In this document: positions 1 to 11,812 of the stretch, piece after piece
Layout: every line of letters begins with the position of its first letter
Numbering within the stretch: the stretch's first letter is position 1
From: Octopus sinensis
Lineage: Eukaryota
Assembly: GCF_006345805.1 (NCBI RefSeq)
Contig: NC_043008.1
Span: 25,358,001 to 25,422,000, forward strand
DNA: 64,000 bases
Direction: 5' to 3'
Made by a program: the position numbers and the translations under genes
The notes under the pieces: model-generated
Database searches by the model: none
What the model saw: the letters and a program-made list of their open reading frames with translations, nothing else
Told to the model about the DNA's origin: nothing

Positions 1-32
1 AATAAAAAAAGATGTTTCTCCTTTCGTGAACT

Positions 33-245
33 ATCTATATATATAAAACTGAGAATGTGTGTCTGTCTGTGTGTTTCCCTAAAACATGAGAACTACACAA
101 CCAATTTCATTCAAATTTTACATATGCCTTACTTAGGGTCCATTTAGTGCCATGGGCAAAACAAAATGTTTAACTTCTTGCCTTGGGCGAGCCCACAGCA
201 ATATCATATCTTCTCCACTATTTCAGTATTACGCGTTAGAAGTAA
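33..245 (+). mobile_element. Helitron/Helentron-like non-autonomous element 5' fragment
   Basis: Starts ATCTATATATATAAAA, then a (GTCT/GT) microsatellite and an AACCAATTTCATTCAAATTTTACA motif; a similar sequence lies reversed at ~13690-13855. Confidence 0.4.
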
Positions 246-322
246 AACAAAAATATCTCTCTGTTGTATGTATATGGATGTATATATATATATATAGAGA
301 TACATGTATATTTATGGATGTT

Positions 323-353
<31 letters not shown>

Positions 354-545
354 ATGTATACATCTATATGTATAGCTGTATATGTATAGATGTATTTCTA
401 TAGATATACATGTATGTGTATACATGTATGTCTAAATGTATATATATATATAGATGTACATGTAATATGTACACATATATATACACATATATACATGCAT
501 ACATATATACACCCATACAACCACACACACAGACATACATACATA

Positions 546-700
546 GGTGCAGGTGTGGCTGTGTGGTAACAAACTTGGTTCCAAAGCACATGGTCCTCAG
601 TTCAGTCCCACTGTGTGGTAACTTGGCATGTGTCTTCTGCTATAGCCTCAGACCAACCAAAGCCTTCTCAGTGGATTTTGTAGACAGAAATTGAAAGAAA
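546..700 (+). mobile_element. tRNA-derived SINE, 5' half (cephalopod-type)
   Basis: GGTGTGGCTGTGTGGTAA head, GTTCAGTCCCA B-box-like motif, GTGGATTTTGTAGACAGAAATTGAAAGAA core repeated many times in the window. Confidence 0.75.
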
Positions 701-932
701 TCAATTGTATGTATATGTATGTATATATGTAAGTCTATGTGTGTGTATTTGTGTTTATCCCTCATCACTGCTTCACAACTGCTGTTCATTTATTTACATC
801 CCCATAACTTACTGGTTTCACAAAAAGAAACTAATAGAATAAGTACGAGGATTATCAAAATATAAAAAAGCACTACACAGTGACTCATATTTTTGTTTGC
901 CCACTCAGTTGTATCTATCAATTTATCTTTGT

Positions 933-973
<41 letters not shown>

Positions 974-1070
974 CATTCATATATATATATATATATATAT
1001 GGATTTCGTAGACAGGAACTGAAACAAATCAATCGTATGTATATGTATGTATATATGTAAGTGTATGTGT

Positions 1071-3576
1071 TTTGGTATTGGCAATATGAATGACAATAGT
1101 CAGAGACTTCTTGAATTTTGCACATACCATAACCTGTGCATTACTAACACATTCTTTGCCAACAAGACATCCCACAAGGCATCTTGAAGAGATCAAAGAT
1201 CTCACCACTGGCATCAGCTGGATCTCATCATTACACGAAGATCCTTTCTGAATTCGGTTTAACTGACCCATAGTTACCACAGGATTGTGACACAGATCAT
1301 TCACTAATAAGAAGCAGGGTGGGGATTCTGCCTAAAAATGTCCATCACTCCAAGAAAATGGGCCGACCACAAATTAACACTGCCAGAACCTCTGACCCTA
1401 CACTGCAACAATGTTTTGCTTTTTCTATCAAAGTTGCCCTCAGTAGCTGCCCAACCTCCTCTGCTGGAAGTAGGTGGAATTATATCGGGGAAGCTTTGAA
1501 TACCACATCAATAGATACTTTCGGCATGAGAGAAAGGCAAAACCCAGATTGGTTCAGTGCTGGGCTCTCAGAGCTGGAAACAGTTATCGAAGCAAAGCAT
1601 GCAGCTCTGATGCAATACAAAAGGGATTCTTCTATAAAGTCACTCAAAGAACTCAGAAAGGCAAGAAATAAAACCCAACTGACTGTCAGATGCTGTGCAA
1701 ATATGTATTGGCAGGAAATCTGTCAGAGTATCCAGTCAGCTGCTGACAGTGGCAACACCCATGGGATGTATGCCAGTTTGAAGAAGGCCCTCTGTCCATC
1801 TGCAACCAAATCAGCCCCTCTGAAATCAACTACTGGAGATCTCATCATGGACCAAAGCAAGCAAATGGATAGATGGGTGGAGTACTACCAGGATCTCTAC
1901 TCACAGGAGACCACGGTAGCTGAGGCTGCAATCGAGGGTGTCAAGATCTTGCCAGTCATGTGCGAACTTGACAGTCTGCCATCTATTGCAGAGCTCACCA
2001 AGGCTATTGACTCCCTAACAAGTAACAAGGCTCCAGGAACAGACGGCATTCCCTTAGAAATCATCAAAACCAGCAAAAACACCATCCTGCTTCGGCACCT
2101 TCATGAGCTTCTGTGTCAGTACTGGGAAGAGGGTACAGTCCCTCAAGATATGCGGGATGCTAACATCATTACGCTTTACAAAAACAAAGGTGACCATGGT
2201 GACTGTAACAATTACCATGGAATATCTCTTCTAAGCACTGTTGGAAAGGCCTTTGCTCGCATTATCTTGTCCAGGCTACAACTACTTGCTTATTGAATTT
2301 ATCCAGAATCGCAGTATGGCTTTAGAAAAAGCAGATCAACTATTGACATGATATACCCCATACGCCAACTTCAGGAGAAGTCCAGAGAGCAGAAAATGCC
2401 ATTATATATGGCCTTCATTGATCTGACAAAGGCCTTTGACTTAGTAAGTAGAAAAGGCCTCTTCATCCTACTCCAAAAAATCAGATGTCCACCAAAGCTG
2501 CTGATGATCATCAAATCTTTCTATGATGATATGCAAGGCACCGTACAGCACAATAGTTCAACATCAGCCGCCTTCCAAATAAAAAATGGGGTAAAGCAAG
2601 GTTGTGTCCTTGCTCCTACATTATTTGGCATCTTCTTCTCGCTGCTGCTGTCACATGCCTTTGAGACATCAGGTGATGGAGTGTTTCTGCACAGTAGAAG
2701 TGATGGGAAACTATTCAATCTCTCGTGTCTGCATGCCAAGACCAAAATCAGAAGCGTCCTGATCAAGGAGATGCTATTTGCTGATGATGCCGCTCTGGTA
2801 TCACACACAGAAGAAGCCCTACAAAGGCTCATCAACTGCTGTGACGGCCCAACTCTCCAAATGGGCATGAGACCATAAGTTGACCAAGACCACAAAAATG
2901 ATTTACCAGGCATATGTACTTAGCACTCTACTGTATGGAAGTGAGACTTGGATGCCATACACACGCCAAGAGTGTCGCCTAAATATCTTTCACCTGCGCT
3001 GCCTCCAGAAAATCCTTCGCATCAAATGGCAGAATCATATCCCCAACAAAGATGTCTTCAAGCAAGCAGGAATACCAAGCATGTTTGCACTCCTAACACA
3101 AAGACGTATGAGATGGCTTGGACATGTTAGCTGTATGGAAGATGGCAGAATCCCCAAGGACATACTCTTCAGAGAGCTTGCTAGGGGCACTAGGTCTGTG
3201 GGAAGACCGTTCTTGCGATACAAGGATGTTTGCAAAAGGGACAAGAAGGCCTGCAACATCAATATTACCAACTAGGAAGCAGTTTCCAGTAAACATGGAG
3301 ATTGGCGACGTACCATAAAAGAGGAACACAAAGGAGTAACATAGAGAGAGAGGAGAAATGGAAAGACAAGAAAAGACATCAACAAGAAACTATGACATTA
3401 CAACCAGCCAGGCAAAGTTTTCACTACATTTGCGGCACCTGCCAGAGGGAGTGTTTGTCCAGGATAAGACTACTCAAACACAGCAGATGTATTAGGGCAG
3501 GAAATGTAAAAGCCGGACTAGATTATTTTATGTGCAACTCCATTGTCTCCCGAGACAAACAGGATGCCAACAACAA
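1071..3576 (+). mobile_element. RTE-clade LINE, 5'-truncated and decayed (endonuclease C-terminus, RT, C-terminal Cys/His finger)
   Basis: QRLLEFCTYHNLCITNTFF...HWHQLDLII (AP endonuclease end); KAPGTDGI, YHGISLLS, FIDLTKAFD, GVKQGCVLAP, LFADD (RT); LLYGSETW, RWLGHV; CGTCQRECLSRIRLLKH. Stops and frameshifts; RT C-terminal motifs deleted near 2836. Confidence 0.93.
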
Positions 3577-5954
3577 TATGTATGGATTACATAGACAGGA
3601 ACTGAAACAACCCATGCTAGCATGGAAAACGGACGCTAAATGATGATGATGATGATGATGATGATGTATCTATATATGTAAGTCTATGTGTGTGTATTTG
3701 TGTTTATCCCTCATCACTGCTTCACAACTGCTGTTCATTTATTTACATCCACATAACTTACTGGTTTCACAAGAACAAACTAATAGAATAAGTACCAGGC
3801 TTATCAACATAAAAAAAGCACTAGGCTGTGTCTCATATTTTTGTTTGCCCACTCAGTTGTATCAATCAATTTATCTTTGTATGTATGTGTGTGTGTATAT
3901 ATCTATATCTATATCTATCTATCTAGCTAGCTACCTATACACACACACACATATATATATATAATACCCTAATGGGAGCCTTAACTCCCAAATTTTAGTC
4001 ATTCCTTTTATGATCCAAAACTAGGTCAAAAGTATTGAATGGATCTTTATGAGATTTGGAAATTATATTCTATGCATAAGGGCCATATCCCCCATGACAA
4101 TTCATATATTTTTGCTGTTGATGAAATTTTAACCATAGATATTAGATACAAACGAAGTAATATTTATAAAATTTCACCTTCTTACAAGTTAGAAAGACCC
4201 CACCATGGGGACTTAAGACCCACACTTTTGTCATTTTATCTAAGCAAAAACGAATATAGTTGTGCTTTTGGAAGCTGTAGGGTTACCCGAGCATAAAAGT
4301 TGAGCATTATTTCTAATTCAATGGTACAACAGTGCAACAGTTTGCTTTGACATACACTTACATTGTGATTTCTGCAATGTGCTGCATAAATTGTCAAGTA
4401 AATGAGAGGCATCTTTGCCTCCACTGATTCAGTTGCAAAGTGTTGAGTAAAGTTATTTGATTGCAGACCTCATTTCAGTCTTTTTATTATCACTGGGTCA
4501 CACATAGTCCCCAGATGGTAACATTGATTTCAAGGCCTTCCCAGAAGAGTGACTGGTTATTCAAAGACATTTATAGATTGTAAATTTATCCTGTCCAGTT
4601 ATGGATCAGTATAGTGGTCATTTGCAAACTCCAGAGGTGACACTTTACTTTCTCCTTAGCCCTCACATCACACATTTGTTAATGTTGATTTCAGTTGGGT
4701 CATGCCCTTCCAATTGCTATAGATTCATAATGCATCTTACGGCTGTGCCTGTCACCTGGATGGTGGGGAATCCTACATTGGGGAGTGGTAAGGACTAGGG
4801 TAGGGTAACTGACTGCTTATTGTGATCATTTGTCTTTTTGTTTCCTGTAGCCTTGCTCTCTTTTACAAACCAGTGAACATATATTTCCTATTTCAAAGAA
4901 ATTCAAACAATAGATATAAGACCCAAGTTAAAAAGATTCTCAACAATTAAACTTCTCTGGTTGACATTAAGATGCCCACCCCCAACAGGGGCCTTAACTC
5001 TCACATTTTAGAGCTCCATGACTTTCATTTTTCAGGAGCAAAATCTTTTTAACAGGTTCAATAAGACTGGAATTTTAGAATATGTGCATAAAAATCAGTA
5101 GTATGCAATACATGTAGCAAGATTACAATTTTTTTAGGGTGCGTAAAGAGGGTAATAACCCTCATCTGCAATTTTGATGAAATTCGAAACATAGGTATTC
5201 TAGTTCATTACATAAAATATAACAGAAAGGTCTAATTCTTCAATTGAATGTAACCGGGCAATGCTGGGTATCTTTGCTAGTACAGATCCATAAGCTAGTT
5301 TTAGGTAACTTCAAGTAGATTGAAAATAAATGCACAGACAGTACATTTGTCTGGCCTTGTTCCCTCAAAACAACAGTCATCATGTATTGTATCCCTGCAG
5401 CACACTGATTAAGTGTGAATTCTCCAACTACATTGCCACTCTTGTTCAACCAGTTAATGATAAATCTATAGTGTTCTTTGCCTGCCTCTTGATCTAATTA
5501 CCTTCTACTCTTCCTTCCATGATAATGTTTACCAAACTTCTGATGTTTTGATATGGCCATCATAGACAACTCCTTCAATTGAGAAAACTATGGCTATGTG
5601 GTGTATCATGTCTAATCTCAGCATTCTGAAACACCCCATTAGGTTCATCAAGCTTTACATTCAACAAGAGCCCGGCATTCAAATAAAGAGTGAGAACTTA
5701 CAAGGTCTATCAGACTAGTGGATGGATATTACAAGTAGGTGTAAGGAGACAACTGTTGAACAGTATGAAAACAATAGTACCTAGCCTCTTAGGTAAGGAC
5801 AATATACTTCTAAAAACATGCTACATATGAAGTCTTCTCTATTTGAACTGCCAGTGATCTTGTGCGCTCAAAGTTTGCATTAGGTACATCATAAAATTCC
5901 TTCCTACTACTTTTCTACATATCAAGCATGGTCACTTCCCAAATGAAAGTTGAC

Positions 5955-7061
5955 GCTTGTTTTCTTTCCCGCTAAATCCTTTTCTTTCCTGGGTTTATAG
6001 TAACAGCCATTGATTCTAGGTTTTGTTTTCATGGATGGAATTCATTGTATTTTTCAATAATTCCATCTCTTAAACATAATACATCATCATAGAGAATTTC
6101 CCATAAACAACTGACCTAAAATGTTATGGTCTTGAAAATTAACCCTAAATCACATAACACACATACACATGTACATATATAAGTGTGTGTGTACTTTCAT
6201 AAATGCATATGCATATGTAGATCATGTAAGCCTCTTAAATATGTGAAGGACATTAAAAGCAAGTTTGATGTATATAGTGTGTATGTATTACGTAAATGAT
6301 AGTTTCTTGTGATATCTATTTCTTTACTACCCACAAGAGGCTAAACACAGAGAGGACAAACAAGGACAGACAAACGAATTTAGGTCGATTGTATCGACCC
6401 CAGTGCATAACTGGTACTTAATTCATCAACCCCGAAAGGATGAAAGGTAAAGTCGACATTGGCAGAATTTGAACGCAGAGCATAACGGCAGACAAAATAC
6501 GGCTACGCATTTCACCCAGCATGCTAACGTTTCTGCTAGCTCGCTGCCTTTTTGTGATGTCGACTTTACCTTTCATCCTTTCGGGGTCGATGAATTAAGT
6601 ACCAATTATGCACTGGGGTCGATACAATCGACCTAAATTCGTTTGTCTGTCCTTGTTTGTCCTCTCTGTGTTTAGCCTCTTGTGGGTAGTAAAGAAATAG
6701 ATATCACAAGAAACTATCATTTACGTAATACATACACACTATATACATCAAACTTGCTTTTAATGTCCTTCACATATTTAAGAGGCTTACATGATCTACA
6801 TATGCATATGCATTTATGAAAGTACACACACACTTATATATGTACATGTGTATGTGTGTTATGTGATTTAGGGTTAATTTTCAAGACCATAACATTTTAG
6901 GTCAGTTGTTTATGGGAAATTCTCTATGATGATGTACTATGTTTGAGAGATGGAATTATTGAAAAATACGATGAATTCCATACATGAAAACAAAACCTAG
7001 AATCAATGGCTGTTACTATAAACCCAGGAAAGAAAAGGATTTAGTGGGAAAGAAAACAAGC
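5955..7061. repeat. Long inverted duplication (~505-bp arms, 97-bp spacer)
   Basis: 5955-6459 is the reverse complement of 6557-7061 with a few substitutions. Confidence 0.95.
6330..6550 (-). mobile_element. tRNA-derived SINE with MetaSINE-like central domain
   Basis: Minus strand: AAGGCAGCGAGCTAGCAGAAACGTTAGC head, GTTCAAATTC B-box, CCTTTCATCCTTTCGGGGTTGATGAATTAAGTACC core. Confidence 0.75.
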
Positions 7062-7238
7062 ATCCAAATAGTTGGAGGATCCTGTCACTGGGATTTTGAA
7101 GAGTTTTCGGCAGTTAGATTGACTTTTTCAGTGTCTAGACAGTGGATTTTGCATAAAATAAACTACTTTGCAAACTGAAACATTTCTTCAATGACTACGT
7201 GGTTGTAAAACTGATAGCAGTGACCAGTCACTGCTCAC

Positions 7239-7269
<31 letters not shown>

Positions 7270-8119
7270 TGCGTGTATGTGTGTGTGCTTGCGTGTATGT
7301 GTGTGTGTAATTTTCTGGACTAACGATGTCAGTTAGTGTGTTGAGTAAAGCACCTTCACAGTTTTGGGCTACCTGGTGTCATCCAGTTGGAGTATATTTC
7401 CTCTGGATCTATCTCAGGAATTCTACAGTGCTAGTCGAGGTAATAATAATGGAAGGAAACAGAAGGTACTAAATAAAGACTAGTATAAAATCTATCTTCT
7501 GTTTCCTTTATCAGTTATTATATTTATATAAACTGCTACTGATCACAAACTATACGTATTGCAAGGTGGTCATAGCAGGCAACAAATAGAACAAGATGAA
7601 ATTTCATGCTGCTCATATTCCCAAAAATTCTAAGGCTTAAAATCATGATCCTACTGAGTTTTGGAACTCCTGATAGAGGGAAATAAAATATTAACATGCA
7701 ATATTTGAGGCCAAAGGCACACACTGGATTTGTACCAGCATCATACACTTTCATAACAGGTCTCATATAGATTAAGAGGACTTTCTTAAAAAGTGAAAGC
7801 CACACACGATAAAAAGCACATCGCAAAGGCAAAGCGAGAAAAATGGTTATTATGTGGAGTTTTAATGAGTTGCTGATCAGTTTGCTAACACTTGCAAAAT
7901 CAGGGGTCTGAAGCATGTATTAGATGCTAAGAAGCTGTACTAACTCTCTCAATATATTGAAAAAAATTCACTATAACCTGCGGCCATTTAGAAGGGGAGT
8001 CGGCAATGAATTTTACCAGGGAAAGAACTCGTAAAATATCAAATTATGATAAATACAATTCTATGTTATTAGCAGAATGTACAGTTGTGTAATTGATGGA
8101 GTATAATAGTGAGGTGTTG

Positions 8120-8124
<5 letters not shown>

Positions 8125-8182
<58 letters not shown>

Positions 8183-8232
8183 GCTACTACTACTACTACT
8201 GCTACTACTACTACTGCTACTTCTACTGCTGC
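8125..8232. repeat. (CTA)n/(CTG)n microsatellite followed by (CA)n
   Basis: Direct sequence; explains the poly-T/L/S/V ORFs at 8044-8426. Confidence 0.95.
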
Positions 8233-8270
8233 TACACATTTGCGCACTGACAGACAGACAGACACACACA

Positions 8271-8311
<41 letters not shown>

Positions 8312-8790
8312 CACAAACATCTATGCAAATAGCCTTTGGCATTCAGAAAGTAGTGTTTTGTTAAATGTTTATATTACAACAAATATGAGAGACATAAATG
8401 AAATTAATGAGTTGTATTTTTTATAAATGCTTTACTTGCTATAATACTGCAACATTTATATGTCTGCACATGCATATATTTGTGCCTATAAACAAACCTA
8501 CATATGTATGTATACACACAAAATCATATGGGAATATTGAAAGCAATAATTATTTCAGTTAATTACCCAGAGTTAATTACGAAAACACACACACACATAC
8601 AAGAATATACAAAGATGCTCATGTAAAAATACTCTACATGTTTTATATACATTTGACAGCTACACATAAGAGCATATACGTACCCACACACAATCATTTA
8701 CTTATCTTTTGTATTTGTTTCAGTTATTACACTGAAGCCATGCTGGGGCACTGCCTTGAATTTTTAGTTGAATGAATCGAGCCCGGTACC

Positions 8791-8855
<65 letters not shown>

Positions 8856-9039
8856 AAAGGGCTTAGTAAAATAAATTACTTTGCCGCATACTGAACTCGT
8901 TAGAAATAGCAGCTAAAAAAAACTTTTTATAAAACTATTTCTAACACTTAAAGAAAACCTCTCTCATATAGTGTTTGCTCAATTCAACTCAAGAAAGTAT
9001 GAGGGTAGAGACATTAAAAAATCAAATGCAAAGGTTATT

Positions 9040-9092
9040 TGAGTACGTACGTTTCAAGATTAGTCAAAATCGACCCTTCTCTCATCAGCTCA
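9040..9092 (-). ncRNA. Minimal type-I hammerhead ribozyme motif (unit 1)
   Basis: Minus strand TGAG-CTGATGA-GAGAAGGGTCGATTTTGACTAATCTT-GAAA-CGTACG-TA-CTCA. Confidence 0.85.
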
Positions 9093-9603
9093 GAATGCCC
9101 TTGTTTGAATTTGAAAACACTGAAAATGGGAGCATACCCTTTCGGCTTGTTATCGCTTCTGAAGATCTGTTCCAAACTAACAGTGCCAACAAACTCAAAT
9201 ATGCAAGAGAAAAATTTCTGCTCTCCCCTTTCCACCAGCGTGGGTTAAAATCAGCAAACACTATGCTTTTCGGCGGTAAATCCGAGACAATTAAGTAGAG
9301 AGAGATGAATTATAATTTCAACAATTGAGGGTAAAATTAATTAATTAATTAATCAATTTCACCAAGTATTCAGTATGCAAAGGGACCATTTAAGGCAAAT
9401 TCAAATTATTACATTATATAAAAGGGCTTAGTAAAATAAATTACTTTGCCGCATACTGAACTCGTTAGAAATAGCAGCTAAAAAAAACTTTTTATAAAAC
9501 TATTTCTAACACTTAAAGAAAACCTCTCTCATATAGTGTTTGCTCAATTCAACTCAAGAAAGTATGAGGGTAGAGACATTAAAAAATCAAATGCAAAGGT
9601 TAT

Positions 9604-9665
9604 TGAGTGAGTACGTTTCGTTTATTAGTCAAAATCGACCCTTCTCATCTGCTCTCATCAGCTCA
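9604..9665 (-). ncRNA. Disrupted hammerhead copy (unit 2)
   Basis: CTGATGA and GAAAC are present, but indels break stems II and III. Confidence 0.5.
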
Positions 9666-10171
9666 GAATTTGAAAACACTGAAAATTGGAGCATACCCTT
9701 TCGGCTTGTTATCGCTTCTGATGTTATCGTTCGAGAACTGTCCAACTAACAGTGCCAACAAACTCAAATATGCAAGAGAAAAATTTCTGCTCTCCCCTTT
9801 CCACCAGCGTGGGTTAAAATCAGCAAACACTATGCTTTTTTCGGTAAAATCCGAGACAATTAAGTAGAGAGAGATGAATTATAATTTCAACAATTGAGGG
9901 TAAAATTAATTAATTAATTAATCAATTTCACCAAGTATTCAGTATGCAAAGGGACCATTTAAGGCAAATTCAAATTATTACATTATATAAAAGGGCTTAG
10001 TAAAATAAATTACTTTGCCGCATACTGAACTCGTTAGAAATAGCAGCTAAAAAAACTTTTTATAAAATATTTCTAACACTTAAAGAAAACCTCTCTCATA
10101 TGTTGTTTGCTCAATTCAACTCAAGAAAGTATGAGGGTAGAGACATTAAAAAATCAAATGCAAAGGTTATT

Positions 10172-10224
10172 TGAGTACATACGTTTCAAGATTAGTCAAA
10201 ATCGACCCTTCTCTCATCAGCTCA
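10172..10224 (-). ncRNA. Hammerhead motif (unit 3), one change in the stem III palindrome
   Basis: Same core; stem III reads ACGTATGT on the minus strand. Confidence 0.75.
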
Positions 10225-10718
10225 GAATGCCCCTGTTTGAATTTGAAAACACTGAAAATGGGAGCATACCCTTTCGGCTTGTTATCGCTTCTGAAGATCT
10301 GTTCCAAACTAACAGTGCCAACAACTCAAATATGCAAGAGAAAAATTTCTGCTCTCCCCTTTCCACCAGCGGGGTTAAAATCAGCAACACTATGCTTTTT
10401 TCGGTAAAATCCGAGACAATTAAGTAAGAGAGATTATTATAATTTCAACAATTGAGGGTAAAATTAATAATTAATTAATCATTTCACCAAGTATTCAGTA
10501 TGCAAAGGACCATTTAGGCAAATTCAAATTATTACATTATATAAAAGGGCTTAGTAAAATAAATTACTTGCCGCATACTGAACTCGTTAAATAGCAGCTA
10601 AAAAAAAACTTTTTATAAAACTATTTCTAACACTTAAAGAAAACCTCTCTCATATAGTGTTGCTCAATTCAACTCAAAAAGTATGAGGGTAGAGACATTA
10701 AATCAAATGCAAGGTTTT

Positions 10719-10771
10719 TGAGTACGTACGTTTCAAGATTAGTCAAAATCGACCCTTCTCTCATCAGCTCA
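10719..10771 (-). ncRNA. Minimal type-I hammerhead ribozyme motif (unit 4)
   Basis: Core identical to unit 1. Confidence 0.85.
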
Positions 10772-10905
10772 GAATGCCCTTGTTTGAATTTGAAAACACT
10801 GAAAATGGGAGCATACCCTTTCGGCTTGTTATCGCTTCTGAAGATCTGTTCCAAACTAACAGTGCCATGCTCCCATTTTCAGTGTTTTCAAATTCAAACA
10901 AGGGC

Positions 10906-10965
10906 ATTCTGAGCTGATGAGAGAAGGGTCGATTTTGACTAATCTTGAAACGTACGTACTCAAAT
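10906..10965 (+). ncRNA. Minimal type-I hammerhead ribozyme motif (inverted arm)
   Basis: ATT-c-TGAG (stem I), CTGATGA 10914-10920, stem II GAGA..GGTC/GACT..TCTT, GAAA 10947-10950, palindrome ACGTACGT 10950-10957, predicted cut after A10958, CTCA-AAT. Confidence 0.87.
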
Positions 10966-11470
10966 AACCTTTGCATTTGATTTTTTAATGTCTCTACCCT
11001 CATACTTTCTTGAGTTGAATTGAGCAAACACTATATGAGAGAGGTTTTCTTTAAGTGTTAGAAATAGTTTTATAAAAAGTTTTTTTTAGCTGCTATTTCT
11101 AACGAGTTCAGTATGCGGCAAAGTAATTTATTTTACTAAGCCCTTTTATATAATGTAATAATTTGAATTTGCCTTAAATGGTCCCTTTGCATACTGAATA
11201 CTTGGTGAAATTGATTAATTAATTAATTAATTTTACCCTCAATTGTTGAAATTATAATTCATCTCTCTCTACTTAATTGTCTCGGATTTTACCGAAAAAA
11301 GCATAGTGTTTGCTGATTTTAACCCACGCTGGTGGAAAGGGGAGAGCAGAAATTTTTCTCTTGCATATTTGAGTTTGTTGGCACTGTTAGTTTGGAACAG
11401 ATCTTCAGAAGCGATAACAAGCCGAAAGGGTATGCTCCCATTTTCAGTGTTTTCAAATTCAAACAAGGGC

Positions 11471-11530
11471 ATTCTGAGCTGATGAGAGAAGGGTCGATTT
11501 TGACTAATCTTGAAACGTACGTACTCAAAT
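11471..11530 (+). ncRNA. Minimal type-I hammerhead ribozyme motif (inverted arm, second copy)
   Basis: CTGATGA 11479-11485, GAAA 11512-11515, predicted cut after A11523, 565 nt from the previous site. Confidence 0.87.
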
Positions 11531-11812
11531 AACCTTTGCATTTGATTTTTTAATGTCTCTACCCTCATACTTTCTTGAGTTGAATTGAGCAAACACTATA
11601 TGAGAGAGGTTTTCTTTAAGTGTTAGAAATAGTTTTTAAAAAGTTTTTTTTAGCTGCTATTTCTAACGAGTTCAGTATGCGGCAAAGTAATTTATTTTAC
11701 TAAGCCCTTTTATATAATGTAATAATTTGAATTTGCCTTAAATGGTCCCTTTGCATACTGAATACTTGGTGAAATTGATTAATTAATTAATTAATTTTAC
11801 CCTCAATTGTTG

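Noticed and set aside
3962-5160. Possible piggyBac remnant (Cys-rich peptide traces near 4600-4700, ACCCT/AGGGT ends)
   Set aside because: Too degenerate; no TTAA target sites or clear transposase motif
5430-5950. Ancient RTE tail on the minus strand (IMEGRVEG..RGRQR-like)
   Set aside because: Only one short motif recognisable; boundaries cannot be set
8975-9298. 107-aa ORF (MLNSTQESMRV...) repeated in each array unit
   Set aside because: TTG start, no recognisable domain, antisense to the ribozyme; recurs only because the DNA is repeated
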